A stretch of 64,000 bases of DNA, taken from contig JBFLYH010000003.1 of assembly GCA_040756875.1 (NCBI GenBank), forward strand, positions 64,001-128,000. The letters are read 5' to 3'. Made by a program: the position numbers and the translations under genes. Origin of the DNA: a candidate division FCPU426 bacterium. GTDB taxonomy: Bacteria; Oederibacteriota; JAAXVQ01; JAUVAV01. The notes under the pieces are model-generated. The model was not told the DNA's origin and made no database searches. It was given only the letters and a program-made list of their open reading frames with translations. Positions 1 to 9,394 of the stretch are shown one piece after another (the first letter of the stretch is position 1; each line of letters opens with the position of its first letter).

Positions 1-7
1 CGCCTCG

Positions 8-3000
8 GTGGAAGTGGTGGTGTACCAGAACCCGTATTACCACTGGTGGCAGCCGGATTATGAATTCCCCTGGTTTTACGCGGACATGCAGCCGCAGCGC
101 GGTTACTGGGGCGACGGCCAGGTGGTGAAGCGCGAAATGCTCAAGACCGACGCCCAGGGACGGGCCAGCGTGTTCTTCGCCACGCCCCGCGGCGGCTCCC
201 AGGACTTCGAGTACCGGATCGAGGCCCGCGTGACCGATTCCTCCCGCCGCGAAATCATCGGTTCGGAAAGCGTGCGCGTCACCCGGCACCGCTACGAAGT
301 CTATCTGCGGCCCGAGCACAGCCTGTACCGGCCCCAGGACAAAATCCGCATCCTGGTCAAGGCGCTCGACGCCAACCAGAATCCCGTGGCCGTGGCCGGC
401 CAGGTGCGCGTGACCCGTGACCGCTGGGTGGAGCTCTGGCTCAACCCCTCGGGCAAGACCGTGGCCGCGGACGCCTGGCGCAAGGAGCACCCCCGCGGCC
501 CGGCCGCGCCCTGGACCGGAGACAAGCCCGAGCTCGGCTGGCAGGTCAAGTTCCAGGGGTATGAACACGAGGACGTGCTGACCACCAAATTGAAGACCGA
601 CGACCAGGGCGAAGCCGAGTTGTCGTGGGTCGCCGGGCGCGAAGGGTATTACCGCGTGGCTTGGGAGAGCGAAGATGCAATACCCAGGGGCTTGCCCCTG
701 GGTCTGCGGATGTCATCCCCCAAGTCTGACTCCAGCGATGGTCTGCAACCGCAATCGTCCGGATGGATGGCGAAGGGGGACAGCCGCTCCGGCGAACCGG
801 TGACAGCCGAAACCACGGTGTGGGCGGCCTCGAACGCCACCACCGAACTCGGCTACCGGCACGGTGGCCTGGAGATCGTCATTGACAAGGACACCGTGCG
901 GGCCGGCGAGAAGGCGCCGGTGCTGCTGACCGCGCCGTCGTCCGGCCGTTGCGTGTTGTTCTCGGTGGAAGCCGACGACCTTTATTCCTACCAGGTCGTG
1001 CGCATGCAGGGCGCGGCCAAGCTCCTGGAAGTGCCGATCGAGCCCTCCTATGTGCCCAACGTATTCCTCAGCGCCACCATGGTGAACGACCTGCAGCTGT
1101 TCCAGGACACCAAGCAGGTGGTGGTGCCGCCGGTGGAGCATTTCCTCAACCTGGAAGTGAAGCCCGACCGCGAGCAATACCAGCCCCGGACCGAAGGCAC
1201 GCTCACCCTGACCACCCGCGACCATCAGGGCAAGCCCGTGTCCGCGGAAGTGGCGCTGGCCCTGGTGGACGAGGCCGTTTCCTACATTCAAGCCGATTAC
1301 ACCGGCGACCTCCGCCAGTTCTATTTCGGCTCCAAGCGCGGGCACAGCGTGCAGACCGAAGGCACGCTCAACCAGCGCAGTTATGTGCGCCTGGCGCCCC
1401 CGCCTCCGCCGGCCGAAATGCCCGTCGGCGGCATGGAACGGGACGAAGCCGAGGAAGTCTCGGCCAGCATGGATGACCGGGCCATGGGCGCCGGCATGCG
1501 CGCCAAATCCGCGCCCGCGCCCAGCGCGCAGGCCCCCAAACGGCGCATGGCCGCGAAGGAATCCAAGCAGGAGCGCGCCTCGGTGGCCAAACCCCAGGTT
1601 ACGACCGAGGGGGCCCCGGAGCCCGAGGAGGCCGGCCAGCCGTCCGTGGTCGTGCGCCAGGATTTCCGGGCCACGGCCTTCTGGCAGCCGGACGTGCAGA
1701 CCGGACCTGACGGCCAGGCCGTGGTCAAGGTCAAGTATCCGGATTCCCTCACCACCTGGAAAGCCGTGGGCCGTGCGGTGTCGGCGGGCAGCCAGTTCGG
1801 CCAGGCTTCGGCGTCCACCCGCACCAAGATGCCCCTGATCGTGCGCCTGCAGGCGCCGCGCTTCTTCCTGACCAGCGACAAAGTCGTGGTCTCGGCCGTG
1901 GTCAACAACAACACGGACCAGGCGCTTGCCGTAACCGTGTCCCTCAAGGCCCTGGGACTGGACGTGGCCAAGGACGCGCCCGTCAAACTCAAGGTGGCGG
2001 CCAATTCCGAAGCGCGCGCGGATTGGACGGCCGCGGTCAAGAACCCGGGCGAGGCCAAGCTGACCGTGGAAGCCCGGGGCGGGGCCTTTGCCGACGCCAT
2101 GGAAAAAACCTACCCGGTGTACGAGCACGGCATCGAAAAATTCGTGGCCAAGGCCGGCCGGGTCCGCGGCCGCGAAAGCCTGGTCAAGCTGGATCTGCCC
2201 AAGGAGCGCAAAGACGAATCCACCAGCCTCACCATCCAGGTGGCGCCCAGCCTGGCCGTGGCCCTGCTGGACGCCCTGCCCTATCTCTTCGACTACCCCT
2301 ACGGCTGCACGGAACAGACCCTGAGCCGTTTCCTGCCCGCGGTGATTGTGGCCAAAACCCTGCAGGACCTGCACGTCAAGCCCCAGACCATTGCTGACAA
2401 GATGTTCGGCGGCGTGGAAAAGGCCACGGCGGATAAAACGCATTCCGCGGGCGCCAAGGATTTCAAGCTGCTGGACAAGATGGTCAAGCAGGGGCTGGAA
2501 CGCCTGTATGACTTCCAGCACAGCGACGGCGGCTGGGGCTGGTGGAAGGAAGGCTCAAGCGACGTGTACATGACCGCCTACGTGCTCTGGGGCCTGTGCC
2601 TGGCCAGCGAGGCGGGCGTGGACATCCGGTCCGCGGTGTTGGACCGCGCGGACACCTTCCTCAACCAGCGGCTGGTGGAATACGAAAACCAGCCGGACCT
2701 CCAAGCCTGGATGCTGCACGCCCAGGCCCGGCTCTTCGCGCTGTGGAAGCGGCCGAAGCTCCACGCCTATCAAACCAAGGCGTTCGACCGCGTATGGAGC
2801 CAGCGCGACAAATTGAACGCCTACACCCGCTCCCTGCTGGCCCTGGCGGCCCGTGATTTCGGCCTGCAGGACAAGGCGCAGATCCTTATCCGCAACCTGG
2901 AGAACGGCGTCATCAAAGATGACAAGCCGGACACCACGGTGCTCCACGCCGGCGGCGGCCAGGGCGAGACCCTCATGCCCACGGCGCACTGGGGCGAGGA

Positions 3001-3991
3001 AGGCTTCTACTGGCGCTGGTCCGAAGGCGGGATCGAGGCTACGGCTTTCGCCCTGCGCGCGCTCATGGCCGTGGACCCGAAGAACGCCTTGGTGGAGCCG
3101 GTGATGAACTGGCTGGTTAAAAACCGCCGGGGCGCGCAATGGTCCAACACGCGCGACACGGCCATCGCGGTCCTGGCGCTCACGGACTACCTGCGCGTCA
3201 GCCGCGAACTCAAGCAGGACCTGGAATTCGAGGTCCTGGTCAACGGCCGCCCGGTGGTCAGCAAGAAGCTTTCCGCCGAGGAGTCGCTGGGCGCGCCCAG
3301 CGTATTCGCGGTCAAGCGCGAGTTCCTGAAGGACGGCGCCAATGAGATCCTGTTCAGAAACAAGACCGGCCAGGGCGCCATCTATTTCTCCGCCCAGGCC
3401 TCCTTCTTCAGCCTGGAGGAGCCGATCACGCCGGTCGGCAACGAGATCTTCGCGCGGCGGCAGTACTTCAAGTTCGTGGGCCGTCCCACCCTGCTCAAGG
3501 GCTACGTGTACGACAAGGTACCCCTGGCGGACAACGAAACCGTGGAGAGCGGCCAGCGCATCGAGACCGTAGTCACGGTGGAGGCCAAGAACAACTACGA
3601 GTACCTGGTGTTCGAGGATTTGAAGCCCGCGGGCGTGGAAGCCGTGGAAGTAAAAAGCGGCCAGCCCCTGTACGCGCAGGAGATCAAGTCCGGCGCCCAG
3701 GAGCGGGTGTTCAAGGGCAAGCCCGGCAAAAAACCCAGGCTCGCGGCCGATGCCGGAGACACGACGGGCCGCACGGCCTGGGTGTACCAGGAATTGCGCG
3801 ACCGCAAGGTGGCGCTGTTCATCGACCACCTGCCCCAAGGCGTGTGGGAGATGCGCTATACCCTGCGCGCCGAAACGCCGGGCACCTACCACGCCCTGCC
3901 CGTGGTCGGGCACGCCATGTACGTGCCCGAGCTGCGCTGCAACGGCGCGGAAGTGCGGATCAAGGTCGAGGAGTCCTCAGCCGGAAAATAG
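8..3991 (+). CDS. Bacterial alpha-2-macroglobulin family protein (5'-truncated by the window edge)
   Basis: Thioester motif YPYGCTEQ; 'VRQDFRATAFWQP', 'FQHSDGGWGWW' and 'WSNTRDT' segments; C-terminal 'HAMYVPE'. A low-complexity bait-like region follows 'PPPPPAEM'. Confidence 0.93.
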   Translation: MEVVVYQNPYYHWWQPDYEFPWFYADMQPQRGYWGDGQVVKREMLKTDAQGRASVFFATPRGGSQDFEYRIEARVTDSSRREIIGSESVRVTRHRYEVYLRPEHSLYRPQDKIRILVKALDANQNPVAVAGQVRVTRDRWVELWLNPSGKTVAADAWRKEHPRGPAAPWTGDKPELGWQVKFQGYEHEDVLTTKLKTDDQGEAELSWVAGREGYYRVAWESEDAIPRGLPLGLRMSSPKSDSSDGLQPQSSGWMAKGDSRSGEPVTAETTVWAASNATTELGYRHGGLEIVIDKDTVRAGEKAPVLLTAPSSGRCVLFSVEADDLYSYQVVRMQGAAKLLEVPIEPSYVPNVFLSATMVNDLQLFQDTKQVVVPPVEHFLNLEVKPDREQYQPRTEGTLTLTTRDHQGKPVSAEVALALVDEAVSYIQADYTGDLRQFYFGSKRGHSVQTEGTLNQRSYVRLAPPPPPAEMPVGGMERDEAEEVSASMDDRAMGAGMRAKSAPAPSAQAPKRRMAAKESKQERASVAKPQVTTEGAPEPEEAGQPSVVVRQDFRATAFWQPDVQTGPDGQAVVKVKYPDSLTTWKAVGRAVSAGSQFGQASASTRTKMPLIVRLQAPRFFLTSDKVVVSAVVNNNTDQALAVTVSLKALGLDVAKDAPVKLKVAANSEARADWTAAVKNPGEAKLTVEARGGAFADAMEKTYPVYEHGIEKFVAKAGRVRGRESLVKLDLPKERKDESTSLTIQVAPSLAVALLDALPYLFDYPYGCTEQTLSRFLPAVIVAKTLQDLHVKPQTIADKMFGGVEKATADKTHSAGAKDFKLLDKMVKQGLERLYDFQHSDGGWGWWKEGSSDVYMTAYVLWGLCLASEAGVDIRSAVLDRADTFLNQRLVEYENQPDLQAWMLHAQARLFALWKRPKLHAYQTKAFDRVWSQRDKLNAYTRSLLALAARDFGLQDKAQILIRNLENGVIKDDKPDTTVLHAGGGQGETLMPTAHWGEEGFYWRWSEGGIEATAFALRALMAVDPKNALVEPVMNWLVKNRRGAQWSNTRDTAIAVLALTDYLRVSRELKQDLEFEVLVNGRPVVSKKLSAEESLGAPSVFAVKREFLKDGANEILFRNKTGQGAIYFSAQASFFSLEEPITPVGNEIFARRQYFKFVGRPTLLKGYVYDKVPLADNETVESGQRIETVVTVEAKNNYEYLVFEDLKPAGVEAVEVKSGQPLYAQEIKSGAQERVFKGKPGKKPRLAADAGDTTGRTAWVYQELRDRKVALFIDHLPQGVWEMRYTLRAETPGTYHALPVVGHAMYVPELRCNGAEVRIKVEESSAGK
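677..781. repeat. Palindromic in-frame insertion (about 105 bp) within the macroglobulin CDS
   Basis: Perfect hairpin ACCCAGGGG-CTTG-CCCCTGGGT at 682-703. Codons such as ATA, AGG, TCA, TCT and CAA are atypical for the surrounding GC3-rich gene. Boundaries are approximate. Confidence 0.55.
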
Positions 3992-4026
3992 GGTTATTCA
4001 GGACGCGGCGGGTTTCAGGCGGCTTT

Positions 4027-5115
4027 TCAGCGGCGGAGGCGGAGCGCGGCTTTCAGGACCAGGGCCCCGAGCGCGACGGCGAGCACGAATAGCTTTCTCA
4101 TGCTGCCGCGGTTCTCGGCCCAGCCCGCGCGGAAGCACTGGTAGGTTTCGCGGTATTCGTGAAAGGCGTGCAGGGCCAGCCAGGTGACCGATTGCTGGAT
4201 GGGCCAGTTGAGCGCAGGCCGGCGTTCCCGGTCAGCTGGATCCAGCCGGCGGCGCGTGGCCGCTGAAGGCCGCCCCTGCCAGGTCCGAAGCAACCGGCGG
4301 GTTTCCGCCAGAACGCGCGGGTCCTTCGCCCATCCCCGCGCCAGTTCGTCCAAACGGTTTTCGTACTGCACGTGCCAGTTGCCGTTGTACCCGGCCGCGT
4401 GGTGCGGGACGCTGGCGTCCTGCACCGCGTGCAGCACGGGCCCCAGGTGTTCGATCCGCTCCGATTGTTGCCTGAACCTTCCCCACCAATAACGGGCAAG
4501 ATTGTCCACGGGCATGAACACGCTGTAGGGCACGCCGCGTCCTTTGCGGCCCCGCCCTTCGGCCAGGGGAAACCGGGCCGCCAGCTCGGCGCGCTTGCCG
4601 GCATAGCGCCCTTGGTCCTGCGGATAGGAATACCGTTCCAGGGACGGCGAGCAGTTGCGATACCATTTGCGGCCGGGTGCGTGCACGTACATGTCGGCCA
4701 GCCAGGCGTGGATGGCCTGGTCCACCTTGAACCCGCTGAGGCGCGCGAGGAGGACCTGCCAGCGTCCGGCCACCTCGTGCGCGGCCTGGTATTGCCCCTG
4801 GTGCGCGGACCCGCGGCAGTAACTGTAGCCGTCGTAGTCGTCGAAGCGGCCGGGGCCCTTTTGGATGTCGATGAAATGGTTGAAGGCCGTGAGCGTGCGG
4901 CGATCCAGGGTCAGGTGCGGCCGGTCGTTGATTGCGCCCGCTTCCTCGCGGTGCGGATTGTCGCGGCCGAAATTCACGTCCACCAGCTCCAGGTCCTGAA
5001 AGGCGTCCGTGGCTTCGCTGGCCCGGGCCAGGCGTTCGCCGTTCTGGCGGCCCAGCCGCAGCCCGCTGGCGCGCACGGACAAGCGGGTGGCCAGCAGGTG
5101 GGACAGCTCGTTCAT
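4027..5115 (-). CDS. Zn-dependent phospholipase C / S1-P1 nuclease-like protein
   Basis: Motifs 'NHFID', 'LHAVQDASVPHHA' (HxxxDxxxPxH) and 'HVQYE'. The ATG at 5115 overlaps the upstream stop (ATGA). Confidence 0.65.
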   Translation of the reverse strand: MNELSHLLATRLSVRASGLRLGRQNGERLARASEATDAFQDLELVDVNFGRDNPHREEAGAINDRPHLTLDRRTLTAFNHFIDIQKGPGRFDDYDGYSYCRGSAHQGQYQAAHEVAGRWQVLLARLSGFKVDQAIHAWLADMYVHAPGRKWYRNCSPSLERYSYPQDQGRYAGKRAELAARFPLAEGRGRKGRGVPYSVFMPVDNLARYWWGRFRQQSERIEHLGPVLHAVQDASVPHHAAGYNGNWHVQYENRLDELARGWAKDPRVLAETRRLLRTWQGRPSAATRRRLDPADRERRPALNWPIQQSVTWLALHAFHEYRETYQCFRAGWAENRGSMRKLFVLAVALGALVLKAALRLRR

Positions 5116-5882
5116 GCTCGCGGACGGTCCTGGCTGGTTTCCATTTCCCAGTGCTTGGCGTGCTTGACCAGGGTGTTGAGGGCCGAGAGGCTGCACAGGG
5201 CCAGGCCCGGAAACCCGTCCAGCCAGCCGGCTTTGAGGAAATACATCTTGCTGAAGGTCCATGGAGGATCGAAAAGCAGGCGCGCCAGGGAAAAACGTTT
5301 GCCCCGGGCCTGGCGTTCCTGGGCGGCAAGCGAAGTGTAGGTGTTCATGCGGCTGAGATAATCCCTGACCGAACGGTAGGTGAAGTGCTCGAGCGGGTGT
5401 TGCAGTCGCCCGACTGTGCCGCGAACCCGCAGGGCTTCGTGCACCTGCCGGGTCTCGAAGGCGCCGGCCCCGGCCCGGAACAGCCGCAGTTGCCAGTCCG
5501 GGTTCCAGCCGCAGTGCCGGATGCAATGCCCGAGGAAATAATTGCGCCGCGACACCTCGAAGCCCGCGAAGGGCGGGTCCAGGGCCAGCGCGCTTTTGAT
5601 CTCCCGCGCCAGGTCCGCGGTGGCGATTTCGTCCGCGTCCACGGAAAATATCCAGCCTTCCCTGACGTCCGCGATCAGGCGGTTCTTGGTCTGGCCGTAG
5701 CCTTCCCAGGCCACGCGCCGGACCTCTGCGCCCGCGGCCCGCGCTTTTTCCGCGGTATCGTCCCCTGAGCCGTTTTCAGCCACGACCACGCGGTCGCAAA
5801 AACCCAGGGCCTGGACGCAGGCGGCGATGGTCGGGCCGGCGTCGCGCGCGATGATCAGGGCGGTGAGCAGGGGTTCGGTCAT
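5112..5882 (-). CDS. Glycosyltransferase family 2 (WaaE/KdtX-like LPS core glucosyltransferase)
   Basis: Motifs 'ENGSGDDT', 'WIFSVDADE', 'VHE' and 'GWLDGFPG'. Confidence 0.85.
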   Translation of the reverse strand: MTEPLLTALIIARDAGPTIAACVQALGFCDRVVVAENGSGDDTAEKARAAGAEVRRVAWEGYGQTKNRLIADVREGWIFSVDADEIATADLAREIKSALALDPPFAGFEVSRRNYFLGHCIRHCGWNPDWQLRLFRAGAGAFETRQVHEALRVRGTVGRLQHPLEHFTYRSVRDYLSRMNTYTSLAAQERQARGKRFSLARLLFDPPWTFSKMYFLKAGWLDGFPGLALCSLSALNTLVKHAKHWEMETSQDRPRA

Positions 5883-5883
5883 G

Positions 5884-6936
5884 TCAGGCGCTGCGTTTGG
5901 ACAGCGGCTGGGTGGCCAGCAAGTCGCGGCAGGCCGCGACCGCCTGCTCCGGCGTGGTCAGGCTGAGGCAGTGGTGGTGCTGCAAGGGGCAGCGGACGCC
6001 TCCATGCAGGCTGCAGGGGCGGCAGTGCAGGTTTTGTTCCAGCACCCGGGCGCGGGGATGGGTGAGGGGCGCGAACCCGAACGCGGACACCGTGGGCCCG
6101 AACAGGGCCACGGCCGGCGCGCCGGCGGCCAGGCCCAGATGCAAGGGGCCGGAATCATTGGTCACCAGCACCTCGGCCAGGGACAGCACCGCGGCCAGGG
6201 TGGGCAGCGAAGTCAAGCCAGCCAGGGACACGGCCTTGCCACCGGTCTGTTGGGCCAGGGTCTCGCACAATTTGCGTTCCCCTGCCGAGCCGATGAACAC
6301 GGGCCTTAGGCCCAGCTCGGACTGCAGCAGGCGGGCGGTCTGTGCGAAATGCTCCTGGGGCCACTGTTTGGCCGGCCAGGCCGCGCCCGGCGCCAAGACC
6401 GCGAAGCGGTCCTGGCCCGCCAGCTTGGCGCCGCGCAGGATCTGCTCGGCCGCGGCCAGCACCCATTCGGGCAGGGCCAGGCGCGGCGGCAGCGTGGGCG
6501 CCGCGATTCCGGCCTGCCGGGCCGCGGCCGCATACCATTCCGTGACCTGCTGGCCCTGGGCGATCGACTCCCAGGCATGCCAGGGCATGCGCCGTCCGGC
6601 CGGGCGCACGAGCAGGCGCCTGGCCAGCGGGTGCTTGTTGTAACGGAGCTTGCGCCCGGCCTGCACGCGGCGGCCCAGGCGCCGGCTGCGGGGCGTGTCG
6701 TGCAGGTCCAGCACCAGCGCGTAGCGCGGTTCGAGGTCCGCGGGCGCGGACAGGACGCGGGCCGCTCCGGGCAGCAATTTGCCGAGCGCGACGTATTCAG
6801 GCTTTACGAACAGGTCCACGCGGTATCCGGCCCGTTCCATCTGCGCGAGCACGGGCTGGGTCAGCACGATGTCGCCCAGCGAACTCAGGCGGATGACCAG
6901 GGCGCGCTGCTTGGGCATGGTGGTTTGATGGTTCAC
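5884..6936 (-). CDS. Glycosyltransferase family 9 (ADP-heptose:LPS heptosyltransferase-like)
   Basis: Motifs 'IRLSSLGDIV', 'APGAAWPAKQW', 'TNDSGPLH' and 'CRPCSLHG'. The GTG start overlaps the lpxK stop and has a GGAGG RBS. Confidence 0.88.
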   Translation of the reverse strand: MNHQTTMPKQRALVIRLSSLGDIVLTQPVLAQMERAGYRVDLFVKPEYVALGKLLPGAARVLSAPADLEPRYALVLDLHDTPRSRRLGRRVQAGRKLRYNKHPLARRLLVRPAGRRMPWHAWESIAQGQQVTEWYAAAARQAGIAAPTLPPRLALPEWVLAAAEQILRGAKLAGQDRFAVLAPGAAWPAKQWPQEHFAQTARLLQSELGLRPVFIGSAGERKLCETLAQQTGGKAVSLAGLTSLPTLAAVLSLAEVLVTNDSGPLHLGLAAGAPAVALFGPTVSAFGFAPLTHPRARVLEQNLHCRPCSLHGGVRCPLQHHHCLSLTTPEQAVAACRDLLATQPLSKRSA

Positions 6937-7961
6937 GCGATTCCCTCCAAAGCCTGCCGCAGCCACTCCTGCCAGGAAGCGGGGGAAGGCGAAATCTCCA
7001 GGCGAACGTCCAGAATCCAGCCCGGCAGGGATGTTCCCGCGACCGCGGCCAGGCGCACCGCGTCCTTGGCCGTGGTTACGATGCGGGCGCGCAGGGCCGT
7101 GGCGTGGGCCAGCAGGCGCCGGCAATCCGCGGGCCGGAACCAATGATGATCCCGGAAGGCAAAATGCCCCGCGACCTCGGCGCGCAGGCTTTCCAATGTT
7201 TTGATAAACGCCCCGGGCCGCGCGATGCCGCTCACGGCCAGCACGCGCTCGTTGGCCAAGGCGGACAGCGGCGCTTCGGCGCCGGTGGCCAGCTCCCGCA
7301 GGCCGCTGGCCGCGTGACGCGACTGCCAGACCGGTTTCTCCGGATACCAGCGCCGCAGGTCCGCCAGCAGGGGCGCGGGATCCTGCTGGTCGCAGCGCGT
7401 GAGCAAAAGCGCGCCGGCTTCAGCCAGCGCGGCCACGGGTTCCCGCAGCCGGCCGGCGGGCAGCAGGTCGCCGCCGCCGAAAGGGTCCGTGGCGTCCAGA
7501 AGCACCAGGTCCGCGTCGCGGTGGATCTGGTCCCGCCGCTGAAAACCGTCGTCCAGCACCACGGAGCGGCAGCCCAGTTGTTCGCGGGCCATCCGGCACG
7601 AGGCCGCGCGGTCCGCGCCCACCACCACGGCCACGCCCGCCAGGCGCTGCGCGAGCAAATACGGTTCGTCGCCGGCCGCCTGCACGTTCACGACCGGGCC
7701 TTCGCCGCGCGAGACGACCAGCACCGCCTCCCGGCTCCGGCGGCCGTAGCCGCGCGACAACACCGCGGGCCGCAGGCCGCGGTCCCGCAGCCATTCCGCA
7801 ATCAGGGCCACAGCCTCGGTTTTGCCCGTGCCGCCGACCGTCAGATTGCCTACGGACACCGTGGCCAGGCCGAGGCGTGTAGCCGGCCGGCGCTTGAGCC
7901 AGGCGCGGCGCGCGGCCACGCCCAGGCCGTAGAGCCAGCTCAGCGGGCAGAGGCTTACCAT
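6933..7961 (-). CDS. lpxK: Tetraacyldisaccharide 4'-kinase
   Basis: Motifs 'SVGNLTVGGTGKT', 'LSRGYG', 'GDEP', 'LDDGFQ', 'LLPAGRLRE' and 'TTAKDAV'. Confidence 0.93.
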   Translation of the reverse strand: MVSLCPLSWLYGLGVAARRAWLKRRPATRLGLATVSVGNLTVGGTGKTEAVALIAEWLRDRGLRPAVLSRGYGRRSREAVLVVSRGEGPVVNVQAAGDEPYLLAQRLAGVAVVVGADRAASCRMAREQLGCRSVVLDDGFQRRDQIHRDADLVLLDATDPFGGGDLLPAGRLREPVAALAEAGALLLTRCDQQDPAPLLADLRRWYPEKPVWQSRHAASGLRELATGAEAPLSALANERVLAVSGIARPGAFIKTLESLRAEVAGHFAFRDHHWFRPADCRRLLAHATALRARIVTTAKDAVRLAAVAGTSLPGWILDVRLEISPSPASWQEWLRQALEGIA

Positions 7962-9361
7962 TCCGGCCAGTCTTCGGGCAGTTTTTCCACGGCCGCGGGC
8001 CGCGGCGCCTGGGCCAGCGACTCCTGCCGCCACCTGCGCACTTCCCCGGCCCACTGCTTGATCAACATGAGCTTTTGCAGCATTTCCACGGTCTCCACGG
8101 CCCCGCCCTGGGACGCAGCCACCACGTCCCTGGCTTTGCCGCCCCGGCGTTTGGCTTCCCGGGAATCGGCCAGGAGCCGGATGACCGCCTGGGCCAGGTC
8201 GCTGGCCTGGGTGACGACCTGCGCACCGCCGGCCGCGGTCAACGCGGCCACGGCCTGGCTGAAGTGTTCGGTATGCGGGCCGACCAGCACCGGCACGCCC
8301 CAGGCCGCGGGTTCGAGCGGGTTGTGGCCGCCGAACGGCATGAGGCTTCCGCCCACGAACGCCACGTTGGCCAACCCGTAGAATTTGGCGAGTTCTCCCA
8401 TGGTGTCCACCAGGATCACCGGAAAATCCAGGAGCTCCTTGGCCACCCGGGACCTGAGGGCATAAGCCAGGCGCCGCTCGCCGAGCAGGCGCTGGATTTC
8501 CTTGATCCGCTCCAGGTGGCGGACCGCCAGGATCAGCAGGGCCGAAGGCTGGGCGGCCAGCACCTGCTGGAAAGCTTCCACGACGATCGCTTCCTCGCCC
8601 GGCCGGGTGCTGCCGGCCACCCACACGGGCCGGTCCGGCGCCAGGCGCAGCTCCGCGCGCAGGGGCTCCAGGTCCGTTTCCACTGGCACGTCGAACTTGA
8701 CGTTGCCGATGACTTTGACGCGCTGCGGATTGGCGCCCAGGGCCTGGAACCGCTCCTGGTCCTTTTCGGTCTGCACGGCCAGCAGGTCGAAGCGTTCCAA
8801 CAGCCGGCGGATCAGGGGTTGGAGCCGGCGGTAGCGGCTGAAGCTGCGCTCGGACATGCGGCCGTTGATGAGCGCGAGCTGGCTGCCGTGGCGTTTGACC
8901 TGGCGCGCGAAGTTCGGCCACAATTCGGTCTCCGCGATGGCCACCAGCTGGGGCTCGGCCACGTTCAGCACGCGGCGCGCGGCCCCGTAAAAATCCAGCG
9001 GCAGCAGCAGGGTCGCGGCCGCAAAGGGGATCTGCCGCTTGGCCTGTTCCTGCCCGCTCTGGGTCATGGTGGAAACCAGCAGGCTCCACTGGGGGTTCCG
9101 GTCGTGGAGCTGGCGCGCCACCGGCGCGATGGCCGCGATCTCGCCCACGCTGGCCGCGTGCAGCCAGACTCGCGGCCTGGGCGCGGCTTGGATGGTTTCG
9201 CGCAGGGACTTGGGCAGGAACCCCAGGCGCTGGCCCAGGCCCTTGGCCAGCTTGGGGCGGACCGCAAAAGCAGCTAGCCAGACCGGCAGGCTCGCCAGAC
9301 CGATCAGGGGCAGAACCAGGTTATACAGCAGCTGCACGGGAATGCCTTTCGCGTTTTTCAT
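7955..9361 (-). CDS. waaA: 3-deoxy-D-manno-octulosonic acid (Kdo) transferase
   Basis: Motifs 'WLHAASVGE', 'ETELWPN', 'GNVKFD' and 'GGHNPLEPA'. Confidence 0.95.
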   Translation of the reverse strand: MKNAKGIPVQLLYNLVLPLIGLASLPVWLAAFAVRPKLAKGLGQRLGFLPKSLRETIQAAPRPRVWLHAASVGEIAAIAPVARQLHDRNPQWSLLVSTMTQSGQEQAKRQIPFAAATLLLPLDFYGAARRVLNVAEPQLVAIAETELWPNFARQVKRHGSQLALINGRMSERSFSRYRRLQPLIRRLLERFDLLAVQTEKDQERFQALGANPQRVKVIGNVKFDVPVETDLEPLRAELRLAPDRPVWVAGSTRPGEEAIVVEAFQQVLAAQPSALLILAVRHLERIKEIQRLLGERRLAYALRSRVAKELLDFPVILVDTMGELAKFYGLANVAFVGGSLMPFGGHNPLEPAAWGVPVLVGPHTEHFSQAVAALTAAGGAQVVTQASDLAQAVIRLLADSREAKRRGGKARDVVAASQGGAVETVEMLQKLMLIKQWAGEVRRWRQESLAQAPRPAAVEKLPEDWPEW

Positions 9362-9366
9362 CGTGC

Positions 9367-9394
9367 GTAGGGGCGTTCACTTGACCGCCCCTAC
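9367..9394. repeat. GTAG-type REP palindrome (copy 1)
   Basis: GTAGGGGCGTTCAC-TTGACCGCCCCTAC. Overlaps the lpxB stop codon. Confidence 0.75.

Noticed and set aside
6933-9361. waaA-lpxK fusion or programmed frameshift
   Set aside because: lpxK has its own ATG at 7961 overlapping the end of waaA, which is ordinary translational coupling. The upstream part of the 718-aa ORF is an alternative-frame artefact.
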